DNA of 53,332 nucleotides from Octopus bimaculoides (Eukaryota): the NCBI RefSeq assembly GCF_001194135.2, contig NC_068982.1, forward strand, positions 33,628,029 to 33,681,360, in the 5' to 3' direction. Shown here one piece after another: positions 1 through 11,752 of the stretch (the stretch's first letter is position 1; every line of letters begins with the position of its first letter). Under the pieces are notes generated by a model, which worked only from the letters and a program-made list of their open reading frames with translations, made no database searches and had not been told where the DNA came from. Both the position numbers and the translations under genes were made by a program.

Positions 1-242
1 GCGGGTGGCACATAAAAGACACCATTTCGAGCGTGGCCGTTTTCGTGCGGGTGACACGTAAAAGCACCCACTACACTCTCTGAGTGGTTGGCGTTAGGAA
101 GGGCATCCAGCTGTAGAAACTCTGCCAAATCAGACTGGAGCCTGGTGTTGCCATCCGGTTTCACCAGTCCTCAGTCAAATCGTCCAACCCATGCTAGCAT
201 GGAAAGCGGACGTTAAACGATGATGATGATGATGATGATGAT
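1..242 (+). mobile_element. Young RTE LINE 3' UTR with (GAT)n tail
   Basis: Near-identical to 37597-37839, which lies downstream of an RTE ORF C-terminus. Ends ...catggaaagcggacgttaaac(gat)n. Confidence 0.9.
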
Positions 243-1004
243 AAGTATATTCTTATGATGTTCAGTTGATAACCACACGGCTTCAGGTTGGGTCCCGGTG
301 CATGGCATCTTAAGCAATTGGACGTACAATTCCATTACAATTTTTTTATAGATACTTACAAATATGAATGTATCTGTGTGTGTGTGTCTGAGTGTGCATA
401 CTCATGCTAGTGTGTGTGTGTGTGTGTTAAATATTATGTAATGGGATGTTATGTGATGGAATGTTGTGTGAAATTTATAATAACTATTTGCACAAAAAAT
501 GTGCATGAAGCCAATTAACCTTTGTCAGTGCATACCATTAGAGAAAGCTTTACAAATGCATCTATGGAAACAACAAAAAGCTAGAAAGAAGGATGGATCT
601 TAATGATATCTGTCAAGTTTAATGGCGTATTAACAGCTTATAAAAGAAAAAATGAAATAATGTGATTAGGAGGAACAGCAGCTGCTATGTCAATGTTGCT
701 GTAATTATAACTGCAAGGTCATGAGTTCAGCCTTAACCATAGCCTTTCTGTTATGCATGCTGAACAAGGCAGATAACTCTTCATTCTTCTTTTTGCTTCA
801 GTGAACTGAAGAGAGTTTTCTACTGTATAAGTAGAATGGTTAGGAAATTAGATGAGCAACCATCAGTAAAAATAATTGCTCTAGAACCATAATAATAATA
901 ATAATTTTTTTTTTTTTTTTTTTTTTTTTTTTNNNNNNNNNNNNNNNNNNNNNNNNNNNNNNNNNNNNNNNNNNNNNAACAACAACAACAACAACAACAA
1001 CAAC

Positions 1005-1048
<44 letters not shown>

Positions 1049-1049
<1 letters not shown>

Positions 1050-1678
1050 CCTTTCTACTATAGGCACAAGACCTGGAATTTATGGGGAGGGGGAGAGTCA
1101 ATTACATCAACCCCCATGAAAGGCAAAGTTGACCCTGATTGAATTTGAACTCAAAATGTGTAGACAAAGTGCTGCTAAGCATTTCAACTGGCATGCTAAC
1201 ACTTCAGCCAGCTCGCTGCTTTAATAGTAATAATAAAGATAATTTCAAATTTTGGCACAGGGCCTGCAATTTCAGGGGAGGGGCAAGTTGATTACATCAT
1301 TTCCAATGCTAAATTGGTCTTTAATTTACCAATCCTGAACAATAAAACACAAAGTCAACCTCAGCAAAATTTGAACTCAGAATGTTAGGACAGAGAAAAT
1401 GCCACTAAGCATTTTGCCTGGCATGCTAATGATTCTGCCAGCTTGCCACCTTGACAATAATAATATTGGTTTCAAAGTTTGGAAGAAGGCCAGCAGTTTC
1501 GTAGGAAAGGGTAAGGCAATTAAATTGATGCCGATGCTTAGCTAGTACTTATTTTATCAACCCCGAAAGGATGAAAGACAAAGTCAGACTTGAAGGAATT
1601 TGAACTCAGAACATAAAGACAGACGAAATGCTACTAAGCATTTTGCACAGCATGCTAACAATCCTGCCAGCTCACCTA
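1049..1678 (-). mobile_element. Three head-to-tail SINE family B copies (about 1049-1222, 1243-1452, 1468-1678)
   Basis: Each has gaaaggcaaagt..aatttgaactcagaa..ctaagcattt..gccagct, separated by short AT-rich/AAT spacers. Confidence 0.82.
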
Positions 1679-1722
<44 letters not shown>

Positions 1723-1727
1723 TGATA

Positions 1728-1762
<35 letters not shown>

Positions 1763-1798
1763 GATGATGATGATGATAATAATAATAACAATAATAAT
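1679..1798. repeat. Compound (AAT)n(GAT)n microsatellite; others include (AAC)n(AAT)n 978-1048, (TA)n 2901-2961, (TG)n/(GA)n 3264-3363, (CA)n 14568-14630, (TA)n 24967-25008, (GA)n 30071-30150, (AAT)n 42298-42351
   Basis: Directly read. Confidence 0.95.
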
Positions 1799-1983
1799 CT
1801 CAAGAAGTACGTGGAACAAATACGGACTGCAATAAGGGTGGAGCACTTGCAGAAAACAGCACTGCTTGGGACCGCTCGAATACTCCAGAAGGTGCTCGAA
1901 AAATAAGAGATGTTACTTTAGTTCACTGGTAGTGAACAGCTGACACTGTAGTACATCTCCAGCGTTAGAAGCTGTGCAAAGGC
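1799..1983 (+). mobile_element. 3' end of an R4/Dong-like RLE non-LTR retrotransposon
   Basis: EHLQKTALLGTARILQKVLEK* resembles the recalled R4/Dong ORF terminus; short UTR and (AAT)n tail; flanked by AAT repeats. Confidence 0.75.
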
Positions 1984-2011
1984 AATTATAATAATAATAA
2001 TGATGATGAGG

Positions 2012-2260
2012 AAGATCAGAAGATTAGATGAGTTGAGGGAAGCAATGAGCAAAGGAGAAAGAAAATAATTACCAGCATTAGAAAGTGTTAATAAAAGAAA
2101 GTTGCTAGATATTAATAAGAAAGTAAATTCTGTTATCAGTAGGATAGATACTAAAAATATAAGTGACACCTACTTATTGATTTATGCAAGAGGGGTAGCT
2201 GTTATTAGTAGATTAGGTATTCTTCAAGGAAAGAATAAGAAGGAGCAGATGTGGAAAGGA
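2012..2260 (+). mobile_element. Decayed fragment of the pre-RT region of an R4/Dong-like ORF
   Basis: RK*LPAL..KVNSVI..ISDTYLLIYARGVAVISRLG..EQMWK resembles the recalled ITETNxLIYAxAxxVxxxLG..PxW motif. Confidence 0.55.
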
Positions 2261-2569
2261 TAGTTTCGTCTCCTTGCATGCATCTTGGGCACATTCAGCT
2301 GTTGGCACTTCCATGCCTGAAGAGCTTATAGGAGGAGGCTAGAAATTTTTTTTAAGGGCAAGGGAGTTAATTGATTACATCAACTCCAATACTCAACTGG
2401 TACTTATTTTATCAAACCCAGAAGGATGAAAGGCAAAGTTGGCCTTAGAGGAATTTGAACACAAAATGTAAAGATCCAGAAGGAATACCAGATAACTTTT
2501 TGTCCAACATGTTAAAATACAAACAAAATACAATGTGCCAAATACACACAAAAATAGAAAATAGATTAC

Positions 2570-2845
2570 CTTCAGATTTGCAATGGTCAGAAGGCCAGCC
2601 TTCTGTAGAGGCTATATATTCAAGTGCTTTCCTTAATCTAACATCCAACGTAGAAAGGTCTTCATTTTCTACAGCTAATTTAGAGCTTTCTTCATCTGTT
2701 TTAGATTCCAGTAATTGCTGAGCCAGACGATGGGCTGAATCATAACAATATCGGAATTGTCCATTTGCCACACGTTGGTAACAAACCTCCTCTTTTTCAT
2801 ATCTATAGAAGAAGTCAAGGTCTACCAACTCTTCCAAGTTGTGAT
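2570..2845 (-). CDS. Internal coding exon (276 nt, phase 1-1), second half of the DBB-like domain
   Basis: Acceptor ttgttttgttgcag|AT, donor GAAG|gtaatc. Peptide (D)HNLEELV..SAHRLAQQLL..LSTLDVRLRKALEYI..EGW aligns to recalled GHGLQETV..ACRLARLL..LPALDEELVLALTHL..LEW. Confidence 0.9.
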
Positions 2846-2891
2846 CTGCAACAAAACAACACAAAAATTTGTAATACATACATGCATACAT

Positions 2892-2964
<73 letters not shown>

Positions 2965-3331
2965 CAAAGACCGTTCACAGTATTCAGTTACCTTATGTCA
3001 AAAGAATTCTTCGTTATATCTTAGTTCCTTAAGGAGATGCGTAACATGCTACAATTACCAAAATGTATCGTTATAGAAATAAGCAAAACAGTAAATGAAA
3101 ACAAGGTACCTTTTGTAAAGTCACCTGGGTGATGCATCCGCACCTATGAGGTACCACACTTGTTTGTACACCATCTCACCTACAAGGTACCAGTGCATGA
3201 TGGGCGAAATGATCATAGTGAATAAAGAATCTCGTGAATTCCACTCTCTCTCATTCATATTATATGTGTGTGTGTGTGTGTGTGTACATGTGTGTGTGTG
3301 TGTGTATACATGTGTGTGTGAGAGAGAGAGA

Positions 3332-3366
<35 letters not shown>

Positions 3367-4721
3367 CCTCAATACAAAGGTCACATTTGTCAGACAGCAA
3401 ATTACATGGATGTGTATTTTTTATTATTGACCATTTCATTTCATATTTAATTTTTGATTCTTTCAGTCCCCATATAAGGTCTGCCAGTGGAACTGCATGT
3501 CATCTGTTTATTTTGGGGATTGACGAGATGTGGTTGCGATAACAGACTTTGGATTGGTTTTTCATGTACACGTATTTATATTGGGATGTGGAGATTGTAC
3601 ACTTGTATACTATGTTTTTTTTGCACACATTGGATCATGAGCAGACAAGCAGATTTTCTATGGCATCCTTGTATTTGTCCCACCAACACTGTAGCTTGAT
3701 AACCAGTGTTGGTCTGCTTATGTCCCTGTAACTTAGCAATTCTGCAAAGAGACTGATAGACTAAGTACTAGATATTAAAGAAAGAAAAAAAGAAAAGAAG
3801 CATCGAGATTAATTTGTTAAACTGAAAACCCTCAAGATGATACCTCAGCATGGCCACAGTCCAATGACTGAAGTAAAATATAAATCCTAGATAAATCCAA
3901 ATATTTAAATACAAACCTAATTTAATATCAGAAAGTAAAGACATCCACAATAAAGCTTCGAAAGCATGGATGATTTAGCAAGATATAAAGTGTTGAGAAA
4001 ATATACTCAAAAGAAACGAATGAAAAACAACAAACATACTGAGTCCTATAAGTATTTCGAATAATAAAAGAAAAACACCAAAACAGGTTACAGTAATACT
4101 AAGGGAAATAATTCTCTATATATTACTAAACTAGCATTGCTTCTTTCCCTTTAATGTTTTACCGCTGAAAAAGCAGAAGTTTGTGAATTGTAAGTCCATT
4201 AGGTAAACAGAGTATACGAAATGAGTAAAAGGTGCTTCAGACATTCTAGAGTGCAACTTCTGGCCTCGATGATTTTCAAAAATGTTTTCTATGTCTTTGT
4301 ATAAATGTTCTGTGGATCACACGCCTTACAAGTGGCAGAAAATTTCACAACTTATGGAAGGGGTTACACTATATTCACAGTTATGTGAAGGTGCATAGCT
4401 CAGTGAGTGGCTAGGGTATTCGGTTCCGATCGTATGGTCTCCATTCCACTAAGCTGGCAAAAATGAGTTGTACCTGTAATTCAACGGACCAGCCTTGTCA
4501 CGCTCTGTGTCACTCAGAATCTCATTGAGAACTACGTTAAGGGTACACGTGCCTGTGGTGCGCTCATCCACTTGCACGTTATTTCACGCGCAACCTGTTC
4601 CGTTGATCGGGTCAACTGGAACACTCGCCGTAACTGACAGAATGCCAGTTTTATATTCACAGTATAAGCAAACTGCTTTATACACATCTTAATTTCTTAT
4701 TTAAAGTCAAAAATGTTTCAA

Positions 4722-5045
4722 CATCATCATCATAATCATTTAACATTTTCTATGCTGGCATAGCTTAGACGGTTTCACTAGGACTGGCAAGCTGGAGAGC
4801 TGCACCAAGCTCCAGTCGTCTGTTTTGGCTTAGCTTCTATGGCTGGATGCCCATCTTAATATGAACCATTGTACAGAGTGTACTGGGTGTTTTTTTAAGT
4901 GTCACTGGCACAGGCAATGATCACAATTCGCTTAGTTTGACATATCTCCTCAAGCACAGCAAATTGCAAAAAAAGTCTCAGTCACTTGTCATTGCCTCCA
5001 TGAGGCTCAACAACTAAACATCATATTTCACCACATCGTCCATAA
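4722..5045 (-). mobile_element. Old RTE copy (ORF end plus 3' UTR)
   Basis: The reverse strand encodes decayed DDVVKYDV*LLSLMEAMTSD, matching EVVRQDLRTLGLTEAMTTD at about 37261; (ATC)n tail. Confidence 0.75.
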
Positions 5046-5884
5046 TGCAGGGTCATGCATCCAAAATGATGGAATCCTGAGCGTAATCGCAACCTGGAAT
5101 GCCATGTCAACCATGGATGTGTTCACCACTGGGTTGTGTTCTGATAAAGCCATTGTGTAACGATTAATCATAGCAATTTTCCAGCTGTGACTCAGTGATG
5201 TGAAGGCTGTCATTCTTTGTCAAGGTCACCAAATGTAGTGGGAAAGATGTAGCAAAAGATGTTTAGGTAGCAGATGAGATAGGACAGTGGATGACATCAA
5301 AGTAAAACAATAGGAAAGCATCGGATTGTAGTTTGAATGATTTATTTAAACGGCACTTGCATTTACTTGTTGTACACACCAAAGATTTCACTACATGACA
5401 TTACCAACTTACTTTGAGCTGGCAAAGAAGAAATTAACTGGGTAAATACTGTGTCGATACGATGGGGTAGAACCAGACATATTTTGTGTCTGTGCATGCA
5501 TTGGTCGGTCATTCAGTGGTGTCTGTTTATGTACTGTGACTGCGACTGCGACTGCTACTGTGTTGGGTCCTTCATGCTGAATATGTGGTTTTCTGTTGGC
5601 CGCTTAACTGGCTGTCTCACCTGTCGCTATCTCACTGCCGTCCTTTGACGGATTGCTGTATTTATAATGGTCATGACAGCTAGAAGGACAGACATACCAC
5701 AGGAGAAATTCCTACCTATGTAGTCACCTCCTGTCCACTTGAACCTTAAATGACACATCTGAGGTCGTAGGTTGAAGGGAAAAACCATCCATCACTTTTT
5801 GACAGGACAAAAAGGAAGTGTTAGTTTTTACACTGGAAATAATTACACACACACACACACAAACATTCATACTCACACACACTA

Positions 5885-6040
5885 TACATCTCTCAGTTTC
5901 CCTCTACCAAGTACACTTACTAGGCTTTGATTAGCTTGGCATCTGTAGTAGAAGACACTTGCCCAAGGTGCCACACAGTAAGGCTCAAGCCAAAACCACA
6001 TACATTGTTGGGAAGCAAACTTCTTAACCACACACCTATG
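5885..6040 (-). mobile_element. Family-A half elements; heads also at about 18455-18580(+), 21355-21510(+), 45845-46000(-); tail at about 3665-3890(+)
   Basis: Share aaccacatggtt..ggcaccttgggcaagtgtcttctac or the tail motifs. Confidence 0.7.
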
Positions 6041-6664
6041 CCTTTGCTTAAAATTAATTTTATATGTAACTCAGAAAATGACAGAAGAGAGAGAATGTAG
6101 TAAAAGGAATCAACTTCAATACATTCTACATATTAACTTCATTAACCATTAAGACAAGTAAGTCAGAATCACATTTAGTGGGATTTCAATTTAAACCCTA
6201 AAGAAAAAGAAAAAATAATACTACATAAGATGCACCCCTACTTTACAAGTATATGTTGTAGAAAAAAATAAATAAGTTCTATTATACATTCCACACTCAG
6301 CTTCTCATCTATAATAGAGTCACATTAGATGCAAAACAATTTTTTGTTACATTTAAGAATTAAAAGAAGCACGTCTTATATACACTGCCAACATGTATGG
6401 CAGTGTACAGCATTTATTTACATTGTTGGGTACACTAGCACTCTGCCACTTCACTTCTTCAACCAATTTAAATGTTGACACTGCTATGACAATAGAGATA
6501 AAAAGATGTTAACTGTATTTCATGTCATGTAACTATAATTCTTTGCCTAGTAACAAATATTTAAACATGAATATTGAATATTTCTTGCTTTCTTTAAAAT
6601 GTTTAACAGTGACCAAATATCAATATTTATATCTCAATGTAAACAAACTGAGACTACTATCTGT

Positions 6665-7030
6665 GTATTCTTTTATTTGTTTCAGTCATTTGACTGCGGC
6701 CATGCTGGAGCACCACCTTTAGTCCAAGAAATCGACCCCCAAGACTTATTCTTTGTAAGCCTAATACTTATTCTATTGGTCTCTTTTGCCAAACCGCTAA
6801 GTTACTGGGATGTAAACACACCAACATAGGTTGTCAAGCATATATATATATATATATATATATGATGATGAGCTTCTTTCAGTTTCTGTCTACCAAATCC
6901 ACTCACAAGGCTTTGGTCGGCCCGAGGCTATAGAAGACACTTGCCCAAGGTGCCACGCAGTGAGACTGAACCTGGAACCATGTGGTTAGGAAGCAAGCTT
7001 CTTACCACACAGCCACACCTGTGCCTATAT
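6665..7030 (-). mobile_element. Full-length SINE family A (tail type 1); other full copies at about 8590-9000(-), 29140-29525(+), 46735-47125(-)
   Basis: Head, central microsatellite, then tail ending ..ccagcatggccgcagtcaaatgactgaaacaa. Confidence 0.85.
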
Positions 7031-7134
7031 GAATTCATGAATATGAAATGCAATACATTGCAACATGTTGATTATATATAAAGAAGTCAAATGTATATAA
7101 TGTCAATGGGAATGTAGTCATAAATTCCATAAAT

Positions 7135-7745
7135 TCCACTTGCTTATCAACCACATGATTCTGGGCTCAGTCGTCAAAGTGTGGCACGTGGAGCAAGGTG
7201 CTATACTATAGCATTTTGTTGACCTAAGCCATGACAGTGAATTTGGTAGGCAGAAACTGAAAGAAACAAGGCAGCGAGCTGGCAGAAACGTTAGTACAGC
7301 AGGAGAAATGCTTGCTTAGTGGTATTTCATCTGGCATTACGTTCTGAGTTCAAATTCTGCCAAGGTCGATTTTGCCTTTCATCCTTTCGGGGTCGATAAA
7401 TTAACTACCAGTTATGCACTGGGTTCGATGTAATCAACTTAGTCCCTTTGTCTGTCCTTGTTTGTCCCCTCTGTGTTTAGCCCCTTGTGGGCAATAAAGA
7501 AATAAGAAACTGAAAGAAACTTATTGTGTATATACGTGTGTGTTTCCCACTACTGTCTGACAACCAGTGTTTACATCCATTTACATCTCTATAACTTAGT
7601 AGTTCCGCTTTAGAAATCAATAGAATAAGGACCAGGCTTAAAAAAAAAACACAAAAAAAAAGCACACAAAAACACCCGTAAGTACTGAGATAAATTCATT
7701 TCACTAAAACCTTTTAAGGCAGAGCCCCAGCATGGCCACACTTCA
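7135..7745 (+). mobile_element. SINE family A split by a family-B insertion
   Basis: Head before 7267, tail after 7505. Confidence 0.8.
7268..7504 (+). mobile_element. Young SINE family B with a 16-bp TSD
   Basis: tRNA-like head gagctggcag..gagttcaaattc, central tttgcctttcatcctttcggggtcgataaa domain; TSD AGAAACTGAAAGAAAC. Confidence 0.9.
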
Positions 7746-8798
7746 TTGAATGAAAATGATGAAAGATGATAAATCTGTACCAACCACATTATTATAATCT
7801 ATATCCGTCCCCTATATTAAGACAACAAAGAAAAAGCAATTGCTACTTTCAATTAGAGGTCAAAAACGTGTTTTCTGCAAAGATTACACAGTTCAGCTAC
7901 AGACAGTAAATTACAAAACTGCTTGCTTAAAACAAACAGTAACATCATGTTTTTAATTAGAATCTAACAAAAGAAATTCCAGACAATTGTACTATTAACT
8001 ACAACAACCTGATCCATATTTAATTGAGAAATATAAATTATAAGGCTTCTGTATAAGATTTTATTACCAATTACAATATCACATCCCAAATTTTTACTCT
8101 CACCAGCATCTACTATGAAATAGCAATCTACTATTTATTGCTTTCTGATAATCTTATGAAATGCCATGGTTACTGACAGTATTCATTAAACTGAGAACAA
8201 ACAACACACAATAGTTGTACTGCTATTTTTTAAATCAAACAGTAGCTCTGGTATTCTGTAAAATTATGTCCCTTTCCTCCTACTACCTCTAATAGTAAAC
8301 TAACACAGTACTGCTCTAGTGTGGCCACAACTGACAGGCAAGAATAATACCAATGCAAGAATAAAAGCATGTTATTATGCTTTCAGATTTATAACTGGGT
8401 TTTTTTTAATGGACTCTTATACAGTATACATAACATTATAATATATAATGTAAATATTATATAAATTTTGTAAAACATTATATAATGTACAGAAATATTA
8501 TGTAAACATTATACAATGATTGTAAAATGTTAAATAATGTTCAGAAACATATGCAAACATTAGGAACATTATATAATGTTTGTAATTCCTTTCATCATTT
8601 ACTTGTTTCAGTCATTAGACTGCAGCCATACTGGGGCATCACATTGAAGAATTTTAGTCAGACTTATCAACCCAGTACTTATTATTTTCTTGTAAAGTTT
8701 GATATTTATTTTATCGGTCTCTTTTGACGTACTGCTAAGTTACAGGGACATAAACACACCCACACCAGTTGTTAAGCAGTGATGTGGTACAGACACAT

Positions 8799-8829
<31 letters not shown>

Positions 8830-10082
8830 CACACACACACACAACAGGCTTCGTTCAGTTTCCGTCTACCAGATCTACTCACAAGGTTTTGGTTATCCCT
8901 AGGTTATAATAGAAGACACTTGCCCAAGGTGCCAAGCAGTGGGACTGAACCTGGAACCATGAAGTTGGGAAGCAAACTTCTTACCACACAGCCACACAAA
9001 CATTATATAAAAACAGTAAATATATTGTAATTTATTAGTGTTAGACTTATCATAGAATATCTCATCAATAAATAGCTCTGTAACAGTGAATTCTTGTACA
9101 TTTACATTCAACATGAGATAGATTGTTACACATCAACTATCAAACGTGACCTGGATGAAAACCAGGGTTGCAAAAGTGAAATTAATCAAAATGATTAGAA
9201 ACCATTTTCCAGGACAATAGGTAGATTTGAATTCAGCACTACAAGTTAATAAGATACTTGCTGAATTATGCAATAATTTAATTCAATTCATTTATTCATT
9301 CCTTCCTTCCTTCTTTCTTTCACTTGGGTATATGTTGCTCCAGCTGGAGTACCCCTCTCATAACCCTGCCCAGTATCATGTATTTGTATTGCATTTGTTT
9401 TAAAGATGTGCTTTACTTTCCATGCTAAGCCTGCAAGTTGATGAGGATCTGTTTTTAGGCAGGACATCCAACATGGAACAGAAATTAAATGATGATGATG
9501 ATGATGAAATAGTGATACTACACATTACATAGTCATATTTATTTTTACATCTGTTTTACAATGGAAGTGTAGGTTAGATGACTATATTACTGAGGCATTG
9601 TTTTACAGTAGGATATGCCTCCAGTCAATAATCTTAACTCTTTTTTTTTTTTTCAAGTAAGAGATTTCTTACTCTGTATATCTTCAAAGCTACAAAGCTA
9701 GTGTAAATGATTGTAGCTCAATGACTTTCAGAGATATCATCATTATCATCATTTAACACCTGTTCTCAAGAATAAATTATTTCCATTTTTGTATATTTCA
9801 ATACATCTCAATGCTCCCATAAAAAATACAAACTTTCTTTGTTTGCACACATCATAATTTGAATATATTCATTTTAATGATATTTTATATATATATATAT
9901 GTTAATGCAATAGGAACAGTTACCAGCTTTACAAGGTGAGATCTGTAATAAAGATGTAATTTTCTCTAAATGAATTTTAGTTGGTGTGTGTGTCGTTAAA
10001 CTAATACATCCATTTGTTGTTTACACCACCTGTCTTTGTCTGTTGTTTTTTTCATAAATTCTCCCATATATATATATATATA

Positions 10083-10380
10083 TCATTATCATCATCATCA
10101 ACATCGTTTACCATCTGTATTCCATCCTGGCATGGGTTCGACAGTTTGACTGAGGTCTGGAAAGCCAGTGGCTGCACCAGACTCCAATCTGATCTGGCAG
10201 AGTTTCTACAGCTGGATGCCCTTCCTAACGCCAACCACTCCGAGAGTGTAGTGGGTGCTTCTTACGTGCCACCGACACAGGAGCCAGTCAGGCAGGCCTG
10301 GCATCGATCACGTAGGGATAATGTTTTTTCCATGCCACCAGCACAGGAGCCAGTCAGTGGGTACTGGCATCAGCCACATT
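10083..10380 (-). mobile_element. RTE 3' UTR copy
   Basis: ctggatgcccttcctaacgccaaccactc core and (ATC)n tail, shared with the other copies. Confidence 0.85.
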
Positions 10381-10508
10381 TGGATATATATATATATATG
10401 AAACGGTGGTTGTCTACTCCTTATGCAAAGTCTGACCAATTCTTGTACCTACACCTTAGATTCATCATGGCATATATATATATATATATACAGACATACA
10501 AGTGTGTA

Positions 10509-10577
<69 letters not shown>

Positions 10578-10936
10578 NNNNNNNNNNNNNNNNNNNNNNN
10601 NNNNNNNNNNNNNNNNNNNNNNNNNNNNNNNNNNNNNNNNNNNNNNNNNNNNNNNNNNNNNNNNNNNNNNNNNNNNNNNNNNNNNNNNNNNNNNNNNNNN
10701 NNNNNNNNNNNNNNNNNNNNNNNNNNNNNNNNNNNNNNNNNNNNNNNNNNNNNNNNNNNNNNNNNNNNNNNNNNNNNNNNNNNNNNNNNNNNNNNNNNNN
10801 NNNNNNNNNNNNNNNNNNNNNNNNNNNNNNNNNNNNNNNNNNNNNNNNNNNNNNNNNNNNNNNNNNNNNNNNNNNNNNNNNNNNNNNNNNNNNNNNNNNN
10901 NNNNNNNNNNNNNNNNNNNNNNNNNNNNNNNNNNNN

Positions 10937-10969
<33 letters not shown>

Positions 10970-11554
10970 GCATATAAACTTTGCAAGCCCTCTCAACCTA
11001 GTGGAATTTATATTCTGCTTGAACTTTTGTAAAGAGAAAAAAAATGAGAGAGAGGGGGGGGGAAAGAAAGAAAGAGCTGCCATTGTCGGAAGGAAGGACA
11101 GACAGAAAGTGTACAATAGAGATGGAGGAACAGAAAACAAAAGGAAAAAAGATGAGGCACCTCTAGGGCAGTAAACCTAGTCCAGTTCTGAGGGGCAGGG
11201 ACAACTTAGGTAGCTGACACAAAAGGGAAAACAAAAGAATAATAGTGATCTTGTAGTTGGTGATTTAAGTTATTATCTGTTATTATATATCTGTTTCTTT
11301 TATAAGCGTAAATCTGTCCTCAAATATCTTACACACCGTGTACATCTAGTTGTTTTTCTTGCTACTTCTCCGATCAATACTTCTTTGAAGCATCTTAAAC
11401 ATTTGTGGATCCAAAATAAAACAAAAAATAAAAACAGATTTGGGTTCGGGATAATTAAACATTCAATTAAAACAAAAATAAATACAAACATTTCATTATT
11501 GATAATTAATGCCATATATTACACATTCTATAATGCATTTCTTCCATCACTTAC

Positions 11555-11752
11555 CAGGAATATTTGCTTGAAATGTTAAATTGTTGATCCTCTGAGCTCT
11601 TGTAACACGCCGCTCATTTGAACCAGTATACAAGATGAAGAATTCAGCTTCAGCGGGCAAATTCAAATTGTCTACAGTTACAACCAATTCATCTCCTCCC
11701 TGTTCAAAATATAAATTTGATATTTCAGATTTGATTTTCCAAATGTAATTAA
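11555..11752 (-). CDS. Internal coding exon (198 nt, phase 1-1), first half of the DBB-like domain
   Basis: Acceptor tttattgctttttcctttcag|, donor CCTG|gtaagt. Peptide GGDELVVTV..LPAEAEFFILYTGSNERRVTRAQRI..FQANIP aligns to recalled ARHGEF28 LPEDAEFYFTYDGSHQRHVMIAERI..LQSSVP. Confidence 0.9.

Noticed and set aside
1049-1983. Idea that the Dong-like element mobilises family-B SINEs
   Set aside because: No shared 3' sequence; the tails are (AAT)n versus ATT-type on their respective sense strands.
11697-11720. NLYFEQG resembling the TEV protease site ENLYFQG
   Set aside because: It is not an exact match and lies in a genomic exon with native splice sites; coincidence.
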